A stretch of DNA of 64,000 nt from IMG/VR virus record IMGVR_UViG_3300032327_000792, one strand, 5' to 3'. This document shows, in pieces, positions 1 through 8,182 of this stretch. Numbering within the stretch: the first letter of the stretch is position 1; every line of letters begins with the position of its first letter. Origin of the DNA: a virus (lineage: Duplodnaviria > Caudoviricetes). The position numbers were made by a program, and so were the translations under genes. The notes beneath the pieces were generated by a model, which had not been told where the DNA came from, ran no database searches, and saw only the letters and a list, made by a program, of their open reading frames with translations.

Positions 1-180
1 ATGACCGTGAGCGTGGCCAGTTTCGCCTTCAGCTGTTGAACGGACCAATGCTGCTGTGTCGTTCTCACCAGCGATATCGCACATGTTCGCGAAATACAAA
101 TAACGGCGATTAGCCATTGACTCACCAGCAAAAGCTTCTTTCAAGCACTCTTCTGTTTTACTACCTTTTAATGTTGGCAT
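1..180 (-). CDS. rbr: Rubrerythrin (N-terminal part, runs off window start)
   Basis: Hand translation MPTLKGSKTEECLKEAFAGESMANRRYLYFA...AEGETGHAHGH shows the rubrerythrin AFAGES and ExxH di-iron motifs; SD AAGGA upstream. Not in the ORF track because it is truncated. Confidence 0.9.
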   Translation of the reverse strand, partial: MPTLKGSKTEECLKEAFAGESMANRRYLYFANMCDIAGENDTAALVRSTAEGETGHAHGH

Positions 181-230
181 TTTATTTCCTTTGATGTTAA
201 AAACGTTCAGGACTTGTGATCCTGTTCTGT

Positions 231-260
231 ATTATATATGCTGATCAAACCTATTGTCAA
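231..260 (-). promoter_or_regulatory. sigma70-type promoter for rubrerythrin
   Basis: Minus strand TTGACA-N18-TATAAT. Confidence 0.7.
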
Positions 261-373
261 TGTATTTTAATAGGTTTTTGCTATTGTATTTTTTAATGAC
301 TATCATTAAAAAAATCTATAATAGCTGTATATAATGGTTGCGGGACCCGGCGGCTCTCGCGGAATTAAAACTT

Positions 374-568
374 TTATTCTGCTACAGCTTCTACTACTGT
401 GGGTACTACATAACCCAGCTTCTTGATTCTGCGCTCAATCTTGGCCTGCTCTTTTTTCTTGCTGGCGTTCTTCAACAGTTTGACCAACTGTGGGCCATTC
501 ATTGACACAATTTTTGCCACGCCGGCTTTGGTATAACCGGGCTTTTTACGCTGTAATGATTTTGACAT
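374..568 (-). CDS. Small basic hypothetical protein
   Basis: 64-aa Lys-rich ORF with AAGGA SD. Confidence 0.7.
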   Translation of the reverse strand: MSKSLQRKKPGYTKAGVAKIVSMNGPQLVKLLKNASKKKEQAKIERRIKKLGYVVPTVVEAVAE

Positions 569-580
569 TGTGTTTCCTTA

Positions 581-802
581 TTATTTGTTTACGTAGTCAA
601 TAGAGACTTCGCCACGTTGAATTTCCAACAATGCTGAGACAGGTGCACCCACATGCTCTTGACGCATACTGGATTGATTTAGACGTTTGATTTCTTTGGC
701 ACGTGCAGCTGCCATCAACACCAAATCATATTGGTTACTGTTGGCATTGACCACACAGCGTTGTGTGTTTATTTGGGTACCACGGCTTTCAATCAACGGC
801 AT
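581..802 (-). CDS. rpoZ: RNA polymerase omega subunit-like protein
   Basis: 73 aa from MPLIESRG (AGGAG SD). NQYDLVLMAAARAKEI...VSALLEIQRG resembles omega's RYxLVLxAAxRARQ...ALxEI. Confidence 0.7.
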   Translation of the reverse strand: MPLIESRGTQINTQRCVVNANSNQYDLVLMAAARAKEIKRLNQSSMRQEHVGAPVSALLEIQRGEVSIDYVNK

Positions 803-859
803 AATGTTCTCCTGGATAAAATTTATTATAACATATTGCACAAACAAATGCAACTGATT

Positions 860-934
860 TGGCGTCCCGTAGGAGAATCGAACTCCTCTTACCTGCGTGA
901 AAGGCGGGTGTCCTAACCGATAGACGAACGGGAC
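860..934 (-). tRNA. tRNA-Glu(UUC)
   Basis: GTCCCGT...anticodon loop CTTTCAC...GTTCGATTC...ACGGGACGCCA; cloverleaf with encoded CCA. Confidence 0.95.
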
Positions 935-959
935 AATTTGTATAACTTGTAAAAGTTGA

Positions 960-1139
960 TCAGCGGTCGGTGTGCCATGCCACAGGCAGTTGTGTGCGTG
1001 CATCAAGCATGGATCGAGCTCGATTGATTTTGTTCTGCACGAGTTGCTGTGTCTGCTCTTTGGTTAAAAAAGCGGAAGTAGCATCAAACGCCTTTTGGAC
1101 GATTGCTTCGTGCAATTTTGTATGGTCTACTGATTGCAT
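960..1139 (-). CDS. Hypothetical protein (59 aa)
   Basis: Hand-translated MQSVDHTKLHEAIVQKAF...WHTDR with AGGAAG SD. Confidence 0.6.
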   Translation of the reverse strand: MQSVDHTKLHEAIVQKAFDATSAFLTKEQTQQLVQNKINRARSMLDARTQLPVAWHTDR

Positions 1140-1174
1140 GTGTTCTTCCTTTTTGAGATTATAGTTGTGTTACA

Positions 1175-1458
1175 AACATGCCAGCTTATTCTGTTACGAG
1201 GAAAACTGGCCAAACCCTAAGCAGTGTTTAGGCTGCTAAAGCGAACTGTGCGTCGTTTGCATTTACGTGTTTTGCTTCTACAACCGGGTATCCCCAGTCC
1301 TAAGGAGTTTCACATTCCCCTGTTGTCCACTCATTTACTCTTTGTCCAATCGATTACCGGAGCACCCCCACCTAAATATACCTTATACACTTAGGTGGAG
1401 GTGATGGGATTCGAACCCATGTCTTGAACACTTTTCTCTTTGCTTCATACAACAATAA
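1175..1458 (-). ncRNA. ssrA: Circularly permuted (two-piece) tmRNA
   Basis: Acceptor piece (T-arm GGGTTCGAATCCC, CACCTCCACC ending near 1394) lies upstream of the coding piece starting GGGGGTG at 1369. The acceptor stem has G3:U70. Tag ORF 1260-1228 is ANDAQFALAA*. Terminal hairpin GCCAG...CTGGC at 1180-1210. Outer ends are approximate. Confidence 0.92.
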
Positions 1459-1462
1459 CTTA

Positions 1463-1493
1463 TATTTATAACACAAATGTCGAATGTTGTCAA
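1463..1493 (-). promoter_or_regulatory. tmRNA promoter (sigma70 with overlapping T4 late-type TATAAATA)
   Basis: TTGACA-N17-TATAAA; the -10 element is also TATAAATA. Confidence 0.75.
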
Positions 1494-1521
1494 ATATTAC
1501 GGTTTCGACATAAATAATATT

Positions 1522-2004
1522 ATGAAACATAAACATCATATCATTCCGCGCCACATGGGCGGAACCGATGATCCTACTAACTTAGTCGAGCTTACAGTCG
1601 AAGAACACGCCAATGCTCATAAGACACTTTACGAAGAAAACGGCCGCTGGCAAGATTATGTTGCTTGGCAAGGGTTGTCTCAACTATCTACTAAGCAAGA
1701 TTTGGTACCAATACGATTAAGCGAGGCCGGAAAAGCTGGAGCCGCAAAGTCTAACTTACGATGGAAAGATCCTGCCGAAAAAGTCAAGCAAAGCAAGCAA
1801 ATGAAAGAATCGTATTCTAAAAATAATAGAACAAAAAGTTGGAATGGCAAGTTGTATGAAATTACTACACCCGACGGTCTAATAGAGGTTGTTACTGGAT
1901 TAAAACAATGGTGTGAAGATCACAGGTTTAATCCTAATACTTTTGCAAATGCTTGTTTACGAGGAACAAAAACGCACGGTGGTTTCACCGTGCGTAAGTT
2001 GTAA
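1522..2004 (+). mobile_element. Free-standing HNH homing endonuclease
   Basis: HHIIPRHMGGTDDPTNLVELTVEEHANAH HNH motif plus a C-terminal DNA-binding tail. Start chosen at ATG 1522, just after ATAAATA. Confidence 0.85.
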
Positions 2005-2046
2005 AGCCCGACCCACCATGCATTTTTTCTAAAATGCAAAACTATA

Positions 2047-2202
2047 CTAATTATAGCCTTTTATCACATTGTTGTCAATCTTGGGATTGCCTTTTGCAAT
2101 GATTTGTTCTTTTTGTTTGGGAGTAAAATCAGGATGTTTGTCTTGATTTAACTCTGTTAATCTTGTGTTGTTTGGTTGAGGCTGTTTTTCTTGTTGTGAC
2201 AT
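2047..2202 (-). CDS. Hypothetical protein (51 aa)
   Basis: Hand-translated MSQQEKQPQPNNTRL...KGYN with GGAG SD. Confidence 0.6.
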   Translation of the reverse strand: MSQQEKQPQPNNTRLTELNQDKHPDFTPKQKEQIIAKGNPKIDNNVIKGYN

Positions 2203-2224
2203 GAAAAAATCTCCTGTGTATTAC

Positions 2225-2599
2225 TTATTCCGTTGCAATCACAATCCAGCCCAACTTCAGTAGATCTGCACGAATTTCGTCAGTGACTTCGCTTTCTTTT
2301 ACATAGCCGGTTTCTTCATAGTATTTTTCGGGGTCTGTTTGGTCGTCTGCAAATCCTCCCATGCCCGAACAGTACCAATCCATGTAGTCACCTTGTTCAC
2401 ACAATGTAGCAACTACTCCGCCTGCGGCACGCCAACTACATGACCAGCGATTGTCTGTTAAAACTTCCCAGGTATCTTGCTTTTGAAATTCATTGTTGCA
2501 CATGGCTGCGTACAGATTTTGAGCATAGGGCTTTGACAGTTTCACTTTGTTGCGAAACCATTCTGAGTCCATCATGTCAGTTTGCATGTTGTATTTCAT
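2225..2599 (-). CDS. Hypothetical phage protein
   Basis: 124-aa ORF, phage-like composition. Confidence 0.75.
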   Translation of the reverse strand: MKYNMQTDMMDSEWFRNKVKLSKPYAQNLYAAMCNNEFQKQDTWEVLTDNRWSCSWRAAGGVVATLCEQGDYMDWYCSGMGGFADDQTDPEKYYEETGYVKESEVTDEIRADLLKLGWIVIATE

Positions 2600-2607
2600 A
2601 TCATCCT

Positions 2608-2700
2608 TGGCGGAGAGTTAGGGATTCGAACCCTAGATGGACTGTTTAGATCCATGTCCGCTTAGTAGGCGGATGCCTTCGACCGCTCGGCCAACTCTCC
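2608..2700 (-). tRNA. tRNA-Ser(ACU), type II
   Basis: GGAGAGT acceptor stem, G73 discriminator, long variable arm (ATGGA/TCCAT), anticodon arm TCCGC-CTACTAA-GCGGA, encoded CCA. Confidence 0.9.
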
Positions 2701-2711
2701 TGTCGTTAACT

Positions 2712-2788
2712 TGGTGGGCCGAGAGTGATTCGAACACTCCACCAAAGGATTATGAGTCCTCTGCTCTAACCTAATGAGCTACCGGCCC
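2712..2788 (-). tRNA. tRNA-Ile2(CAU)
   Basis: GGGCCGG/TCGGCCC acceptor stem with C4-G69 and C5-G68, A73, anticodon loop CTCATAA. No C1:A72 mismatch, so it is not an initiator tRNA. Confidence 0.85.
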
Positions 2789-2800
2789 GACTAAGTTAGT

Positions 2801-2829
2801 AGTATAACTGAATCAGTTATAGTTGTCAA
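2801..2829 (-). promoter_or_regulatory. sigma70 promoter of the tRNA cluster with an embedded 19-bp palindrome
   Basis: TTGACA-N17-TATACT; TATAACTGA-A-TCAGTTATA at 2803-2821. Confidence 0.75.
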
Positions 2830-3178
2830 GAAATTTATCCAATGATCCGTATAATCGGGCCAACATGGCTTCTCGACTGCCAAACATTACAATGGTAACT
2901 GGTAGTTTTTTCTTGACCACAATGTAGTAAGGCATTTGTAGTTTGCGATCTAGGTCCAGCAACATCCGGCGGTCAAACTTTTCAATGTCTATTGCCATAT
3001 TGTAGCTTTCAATCTCCAACATGTTCTTTAACACAAAATAGCCAATGTCAGTTAGACGCAGTCCACCTTCTTTGCGTATGTTGTACCACCAGAGCTTCAT
3101 GCCACGTTCTACTGTTTCTTCGTGACCATCCGGCAGTTCAGAGATTAATGTTTCTACAAGTTTGAGTTTGTCTCGCAC
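2813..3178 (-). CDS. Hypothetical phage protein
   Basis: Start reassigned to the GTG next to the stop of the upstream gene (MRDKLKLVETL...). Confidence 0.65.
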   Translation of the reverse strand: MRDKLKLVETLISELPDGHEETVERGMKLWWYNIRKEGGLRLTDIGYFVLKNMLEIESYNMAIDIEKFDRRMLLDLDRKLQMPYYIVVKKKLPVTIVMFGSREAMLARLYGSLDKFLDNYN

Positions 3179-3179
3179 A

Positions 3180-3467
3180 TCAAGGATAGATTGGATTGCC
3201 GGCCTGTAACAATACCACTGAAAATTTGTCAGTTCGAAATTGTGTGTTGAGTTTTTTAGCCAAGTTAATGGCATGCCCCGGATTTGAAAAGCTGACTTTT
3301 TTGTACTTGGGTCCCGGATACTGCACCAACATGTTTGATGTTTTGAGATTAATAGGCTTGCAGTCGTAGAACACTGCCCAGATACCTTCGCTGGCCAACA
3401 CCTGTTCGGTTTTGTAAGTGCTTCGGTTGGTTTGCTCAACCAACACATTGGGTTTTGGTCTACTCAT
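3180..3467 (-). CDS. Hypothetical phage protein
   Basis: 95-aa ORF, AGGAG SD, CATAAATA late-type motif upstream. Confidence 0.75.
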   Translation of the reverse strand: MSRPKPNVLVEQTNRSTYKTEQVLASEGIWAVFYDCKPINLKTSNMLVQYPGPKYKKVSFSNPGHAINLAKKLNTQFRTDKFSVVLLQAGNPIYP

Positions 3468-3510
3468 CTTAATACTCCTATATTTTATTTATGCCAAAAT
3501 ATAGGTATTT

Positions 3511-3720
3511 TTAGAATGAGCCGCCGCCAACTTCTACAGCAATGACTTCTTCACGAGCTTGGGTGGCTATAACCTCACGTAAAGTCTGAAGTTCAATCAG
3601 CAGTCTGGTTAGATCAGCATGTAGGGCCTTGGCGTCAGACATGCTCATGGTAAAGTCTCGAAGTCCGCGACTTTCATTGCCTTGCACACGGTCCACAAAC
3701 TTTTGTAGATGTATACTCAT
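3511..3720 (-). CDS. Hypothetical protein
   Basis: 69-aa ORF in operon context. Confidence 0.65.
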   Translation of the reverse strand: MSIHLQKFVDRVQGNESRGLRDFTMSMSDAKALHADLTRLLIELQTLREVIATQAREEVIAVEVGGGSF

Positions 3721-3753
3721 TTGTTGCCAGACATCTTGGTAAATGGCGCTGGT

Positions 3754-4206
3754 TTAGACATGTAAATTACTTTCCGCTGAATGTTTGGAATAAAATGGTC
3801 CATGAAATGCATAACGTTCTAGTGCAATTAGTTTGGGGTCTTGTATGATTTTCCACTTGCGGCCACGTTTGACAGTGTACCATCCAGCAGCAAACCAAGA
3901 CTTGGATTTTTTTGTTTTGGTGTACAATGGTAACTGATGCGGAACATCCCATACAGGATTGTGTACTCTACCACTGGCTGGATAACCATGCACCAAGTGT
4001 GTGTCTGGTTTACTGGTCTTGACTTCTGTTTCAAAATGTATGTTGGTTCGTTGCTGAACCATTCGAATAGTTTTGTATTTTTCTACGTTGTTGTTTATGG
4101 TAACTTGATACCCACCAGGACATGCTTCAACGTTGCCAACCTTTTCGTTGTCTTTTTGCAATATCCAAAACTTTTTGTCTATCACAGGTTTAGCTATGAT
4201 TGTCAT
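3754..4206 (-). CDS. Hypothetical phage protein
   Basis: 150-aa ORF overlapping the end of rnh, AAGGAG SD. Confidence 0.7.
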   Translation of the reverse strand: MTIIAKPVIDKKFWILQKDNEKVGNVEACPGGYQVTINNNVEKYKTIRMVQQRTNIHFETEVKTSKPDTHLVHGYPASGRVHNPVWDVPHQLPLYTKTKKSKSWFAAGWYTVKRGRKWKIIQDPKLIALERYAFHGPFYSKHSAESNLHV

Positions 4207-5200
4207 TTAATACTCCTTTGTATGTCTCGTTCATCCATCGACCAAACGAGTCTGCTGATTCGCTACACTTGATCAAATCATATTTGCCACAAAACTGCAT
4301 GAATCTCACGCCCACTTGCCCTACATCTTTGTGGGACATCTGTTCACGGATGGCACCGTCCACGGATTGTTTGATGTTGTCAGGTTGTGCTGTTAAATCA
4401 ATCAGGGCCACATTGCGATTGTAGTCATCCAACACTCTGTGTTCCGCACCGTTATGATCCGTCCATCGTTGTAACATCATGTTGTTCCAGTTATATCCTT
4501 GACGATCCCGATCCTCAAACGCTTCTTGAAGTCCAACTTTGTTTTTGGTGCCTTTGGTTCTTACTCCAGGAAATGCAGAGAACACGTTGTCACTGGTATC
4601 ACCGCGCATACACTTTTCAAACAACAGCCATTTGGGATCTGGAATAGTTTTTGGTTCTTGCTTTTTCTTGTCAATAACTGCTTTGCCTTTGGCATCAAAA
4701 TAACCTTCCAGTGTGATGTGCTCGTCGCTGATGCCGTTGTACTGAGTAACATTGGGAGCAATCAATTGCACAAAGTCAGTGTCGCTGGAAATAATAATGT
4801 GTTCGTCTTGGGGGTGTAGCGCAATCCAACGAGCAATGATATCATCACCTTCTGCTGTTGGACATTGAATTACTGAGCAATTGGTTCTCTCAGCCAAGTA
4901 TTTAGTCAACGCATCATAAGTTTCCCAGAACATTTTGTCTTCGTCTTGTTCTGCTTCTGTCAGTGCAGCGCGAGCCACAGCACGGTTCTTTTTGTATGGA
5001 TCATAGAAGTCTTTGCGCCAGCTACGCCCTTCCAGTGCAAATACCACATGATCTGCTTTAAAACGTGTGGCTACTTTGTTGGCACTCATTAAGGTAACGT
5101 GCAGAGCAAAGCCAATTTTCTCCCAGGTGTCACTGGCACGAAAAGCACCATGTCTTGCTCTAAAGAACATGTTTGCTGTGTCTATTAACACATAACGCAT
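4190..5200 (-). CDS. rnh: T4-like RNase H / 5'-3' flap exonuclease
   Basis: LIDTANMFFR, FALEGRSWRK, EGDDII, ISSDTDFVQL, GDTSDNV acidic FEN/5'-nuclease motifs. Confidence 0.9.
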   Translation of the reverse strand: MRYVLIDTANMFFRARHGAFRASDTWEKIGFALHVTLMSANKVATRFKADHVVFALEGRSWRKDFYDPYKKNRAVARAALTEAEQDEDKMFWETYDALTKYLAERTNCSVIQCPTAEGDDIIARWIALHPQDEHIIISSDTDFVQLIAPNVTQYNGISDEHITLEGYFDAKGKAVIDKKKQEPKTIPDPKWLLFEKCMRGDTSDNVFSAFPGVRTKGTKNKVGLQEAFEDRDRQGYNWNNMMLQRWTDHNGAEHRVLDDYNRNVALIDLTAQPDNIKQSVDGAIREQMSHKDVGQVGVRFMQFCGKYDLIKCSESADSFGRWMNETYKGVLNDNHS

Positions 5201-5208
5201 AGGAAGCC

Positions 5209-5910
5209 TTAGACTAATTTGTTGTTGATAATGTATTGTAGCATAAAACGGTGAAAATAGCTATGGCCATCTTTACCAAAATGCCATGAATTGGGTGCTA
5301 CTGTTTGAATACCTTGATCCTGAATCAAGCGGTTAAACGTCAGTTTTGGATCATACGGACCAACATAACTGGTGCCCCAGTCTCGGCGGTCTTTGAGCGG
5401 TCCAAAATCGTTGTTGCCATTGAAAAATATGTGTTTGATATTTTGATTGTTGAGTTCTTGGTGGAATGCCCAAATATCTTCATGTGCTTGCGTGGTTTTT
5501 GCTTGCCAGTCTATGTTGGCCACAAACTGTCGATATTGTTCCTGCAACTCCGGCGGCACTGAATCTATGCCCGAACCATTGACCTGATAGTATACATCGT
5601 TGTGTAACCATTCTTCCCGTTCCCATGTGGACCATTGTATAATCACCAATAGGTCTTGATCGTATCCTTGTGTGGTTAACCATTCACGTGTGGTGCGAAT
5701 AATCCTGGTGTTGGAGCTGGCACTTTCTGCTCCACAATGAAATCCTGCTCTAAGAGTATCGGCCAACAATCTTCCCCAACTTGCCGCAAGATTTGCTGGA
5801 TGAGGTGCACGACCCATATAAAAAAGATTTCCATCATCCATGGCAAATGCATGATTGTTTACGGCTTCTGCTGCCGCAGTATGACTATCGCCGTTTGTGT
5901 ATAGTATCAC
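5209..5910 (-). CDS. SGNH/GDSL-like hydrolase family protein
   Basis: N-terminal NGDSH, SNTRI, WSTWEREE and a C-terminal HxxxxGH; paralogous to 22057 and 57684. Confidence 0.55.
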   Translation of the reverse strand: MILYTNGDSHTAAAEAVNNHAFAMDDGNLFYMGRAPHPANLAASWGRLLADTLRAGFHCGAESASSNTRIIRTTREWLTTQGYDQDLLVIIQWSTWEREEWLHNDVYYQVNGSGIDSVPPELQEQYRQFVANIDWQAKTTQAHEDIWAFHQELNNQNIKHIFFNGNNDFGPLKDRRDWGTSYVGPYDPKLTFNRLIQDQGIQTVAPNSWHFGKDGHSYFHRFMLQYIINNKLV

Positions 5911-6296
5911 GATACCTCTGTGCGGCCGCCGCCTATGTTACGAGTCTGTACCACACGGTTAGCGTCTGGATTTATTGCTTGCTCTTGTTCCCAAGTTTCC
6001 ATGACAACATGCCGACAGATATTTTGGAACCAACGGTCTACTATTTCGGCGTCGGTGTCCTCGGGTTTGCCTTGGTAACCAGCACGTATCAAATTAGCAA
6101 CAAATTTGTCATTCCAATCTAGCTCAAACGCACCTTGGTGCATGTTGTCGGGATCAACGTCCATACTCAGTATGCCAACCCAAGGTTCTCCTTTTTCTGT
6201 AGCAATCTCTTTCTCAGTTTTTTTAGGAGCTCGAGGTTCTCGAGGCAATTCTACCTTTGCAGGTTTTTTCTTTTTGAATATATCAAGTATGCCCAT
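5907..6296 (-). CDS. Hypothetical phage protein
   Basis: 129-aa ORF with ATGA overlap. Confidence 0.75.
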   Translation of the reverse strand: MGILDIFKKKKPAKVELPREPRAPKKTEKEIATEKGEPWVGILSMDVDPDNMHQGAFELDWNDKFVANLIRAGYQGKPEDTDAEIVDRWFQNICRHVVMETWEQEQAINPDANRVVQTRNIGGGRTEVS

Positions 6297-6516
6297 TTTC
6301 TATTCCTTTGATCATCATTATTAATGCTTCGTTTCTGTGATACCAGCGTTGTTCTACCAACGGTTCACCGGGTCCGTGCCACACAGCACTGCCACGTACG
6401 GCCACAGTAAACCATAACCAGCGTCCAGTATTGTAACATCGCCTTGGCCAGATACAGTACTGGTATGTGTATTCGGATCGAAGATGCCAACCGTCCTGCA
6501 TTGCATCCATTGGCAT
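6283..6516 (-). CDS. Hypothetical protein (Trp-rich)
   Basis: 77-aa ORF translationally coupled to nadE. Confidence 0.55.
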   Translation of the reverse strand: MPMDAMQDGWHLRSEYTYQYCIWPRRCYNTGRWLWFTVAVRGSAVWHGPGEPLVEQRWYHRNEALIMMIKGIENGHT

Positions 6517-7298
6517 TATTTTTTAAATACTGGTATAGGCAACATCTTGTGTAAATTTCTAGCACGAATTTCTCGATACAACTCAAGATTTGATAACTGC
6601 TGACTATCAGTAATCTGTATCTGTTGTTCATCTTGTGTCATGGCCAACTCTAACTCAGCATAGGTCAACCCGCCTAGCTGATCTTGATCTACTCTGCCAT
6701 CCTCCCACAATCCATCTGTAGGTGGTGCATCAATGATACGTTGATCCACTCCCAGTTCACGACCCAACTGCCATACTTCTGTTTTCAACAAATCAGCAAT
6801 AGGACTGATATCTACCCCACCGTCACCGTACTTGGTATAGAATCCCACGCCAAAGTCTTCAACTCGGTTGCCTGTACCTACCACAATACCATTGCAACTT
6901 TGTGCTATCTGATACAGAGCCATCATGCGCAATCTTGATCTACTGTTGGCAAAGGCCAATTCGCTGGAATAATTACCCATAATTTCTTCAAAGCGATCAA
7001 AGGCCGAAGTCAAGTTCACAATCTCTGTGCGAACATTGACAAACTTGTTGCCTAACCAAAAACAATGATCCAAACTGAGATTGTGTAGCTCTTCACGTTG
7101 ACGAATAGGTAAGGATACCGCAATAGTGTGTATGCCAGTTTTGGCGCACAAAGTACTTACCACAGCACTATCTATGCCTCCGCTGACGCCAACTACCAAA
7201 CTTTTGATACCGGCTGACTCTGCGTAGTTTTTAATCCATTGAGTGATGCGGTCTGGTAGGTCTGCTGAAATTCTATCTTCTGTTGTAAATGTTGTCAT
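6516..7298 (-). CDS. nadE: NH3-dependent NAD+ synthetase
   Basis: VSGGIDSAV PP-loop, NSRSRLRM, GTGNRVE, FYTKYGDGGVDISPIADL, PTDGLW. Start at 7298 via TAATG coupling to queE. Confidence 0.9.
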   Translation of the reverse strand: MTTFTTEDRISADLPDRITQWIKNYAESAGIKSLVVGVSGGIDSAVVSTLCAKTGIHTIAVSLPIRQREELHNLSLDHCFWLGNKFVNVRTEIVNLTSAFDRFEEIMGNYSSELAFANSRSRLRMMALYQIAQSCNGIVVGTGNRVEDFGVGFYTKYGDGGVDISPIADLLKTEVWQLGRELGVDQRIIDAPPTDGLWEDGRVDQDQLGGLTYAELELAMTQDEQQIQITDSQQLSNLELYREIRARNLHKMLPIPVFKK

Positions 7299-8182
7299 TA
7301 TTTGCCCCATCCATTGCCCCACAGGTCCACATGCAACCTTGGACTGTAGTTCCATCCTTCTGCACAACAAATGTCGGCAATGCGAACTTTGTTTGCTTGG
7401 TATGGTTCAACTACACCACCTTGTGGCATTAAGAAAATTTGTCCTTTAAATCCTGCGTTGCGGAATTCCTTAGTAGCACGTCTAGCATCTTCAATGTGTT
7501 CATCTGTCTCGACCACAAACTTGAGATAGGTTGTGCCAATGTTGGCATAGCTCATAACAATATCCGGACAAATAGCATCCGCCCACGGTTCTCCTGAAGC
7601 ACTTAGTTTGACACTCACACTGAATGTCAATGCATCTTTGTTGCGTGGGCCAATGCCGCCTCGCGGATTGAGTGTCCAGTCCAACAAGAAATGCTCAAAG
7701 TCTGCGTGCAACTTTTGAGTACCGTTGGTTTCAAATGTCAAGTTCTTCAAATCGGCCATGTCGGCATTGCTCAACAATTCTGCATAGGCACGTTGCCAAC
7801 CCAACAATGGTTCGCCACCTGTGATCACAAGATGTACGTCATTGCCGTTGGACTGTTGCCAGTGGTTGTTGGGAGTTAACTTCAACATATTGGACACAAG
7901 TTCTTCTGTGGTCTGTGTTGGACTCAAATGTTTAAATGCAGGATGCCATGACGCATAGCTGTCGCAACCAGTTTCTACCAAAGGCAATTCTGTAAATTTA
8001 TTATATAAATGTACTACTTCAGACACATCATCTGCGCCTGTGCTCTTCTCACCGGGTTTACACCCAAATCCTGCACAGGTAAAGTTACAGCCATAAGTGC
8101 GTAAGAACACACTAGGAACGCCCACAAAGCGACCTTCGCCTTGTAAGCTGTAAAATAATTCTGATACTTTAATTTTTGCCAT
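7298..8182 (-). CDS. queE: 7-carboxy-7-deazaguanine synthase (radical SAM)
   Basis: KVSELFYSLQGEG, FLRTYGCNFTC...CDS, ITGGEP, ETNGT, SPRLHVDLWG. Confidence 0.93.
   Translation of the reverse strand: MAKIKVSELFYSLQGEGRFVGVPSVFLRTYGCNFTCAGFGCKPGEKSTGADDVSEVVHLYNKFTELPLVETGCDSYASWHPAFKHLSPTQTTEELVSNMLKLTPNNHWQQSNGNDVHLVITGGEPLLGWQRAYAELLSNADMADLKNLTFETNGTQKLHADFEHFLLDWTLNPRGGIGPRNKDALTFSVSVKLSASGEPWADAICPDIVMSYANIGTTYLKFVVETDEHIEDARRATKEFRNAGFKGQIFLMPQGGVVEPYQANKVRIADICCAEGWNYSPRLHVDLWGNGWGK

Noticed and set aside
340-362. GC-rich hairpin as a terminator
   Set aside because: The stem is imperfect on the coding strand and there is no adjacent U-tract.
581-1006. 141-aa ORF as given in the track
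   Set aside because: The upstream extension runs through tRNA-Glu; the real start is at 802, with an AGGAG SD.
1372-1554. 60-aa minus-strand ORF
   Set aside because: It overlaps the tmRNA acceptor piece and promoter, so it is a shadow ORF.
2712-2788. Initiator or elongator tRNA-Met call
   Set aside because: There is no C1:A72 mismatch and no run of three G-C pairs in the anticodon stem; the GGGCC acceptor stem fits Ile2.
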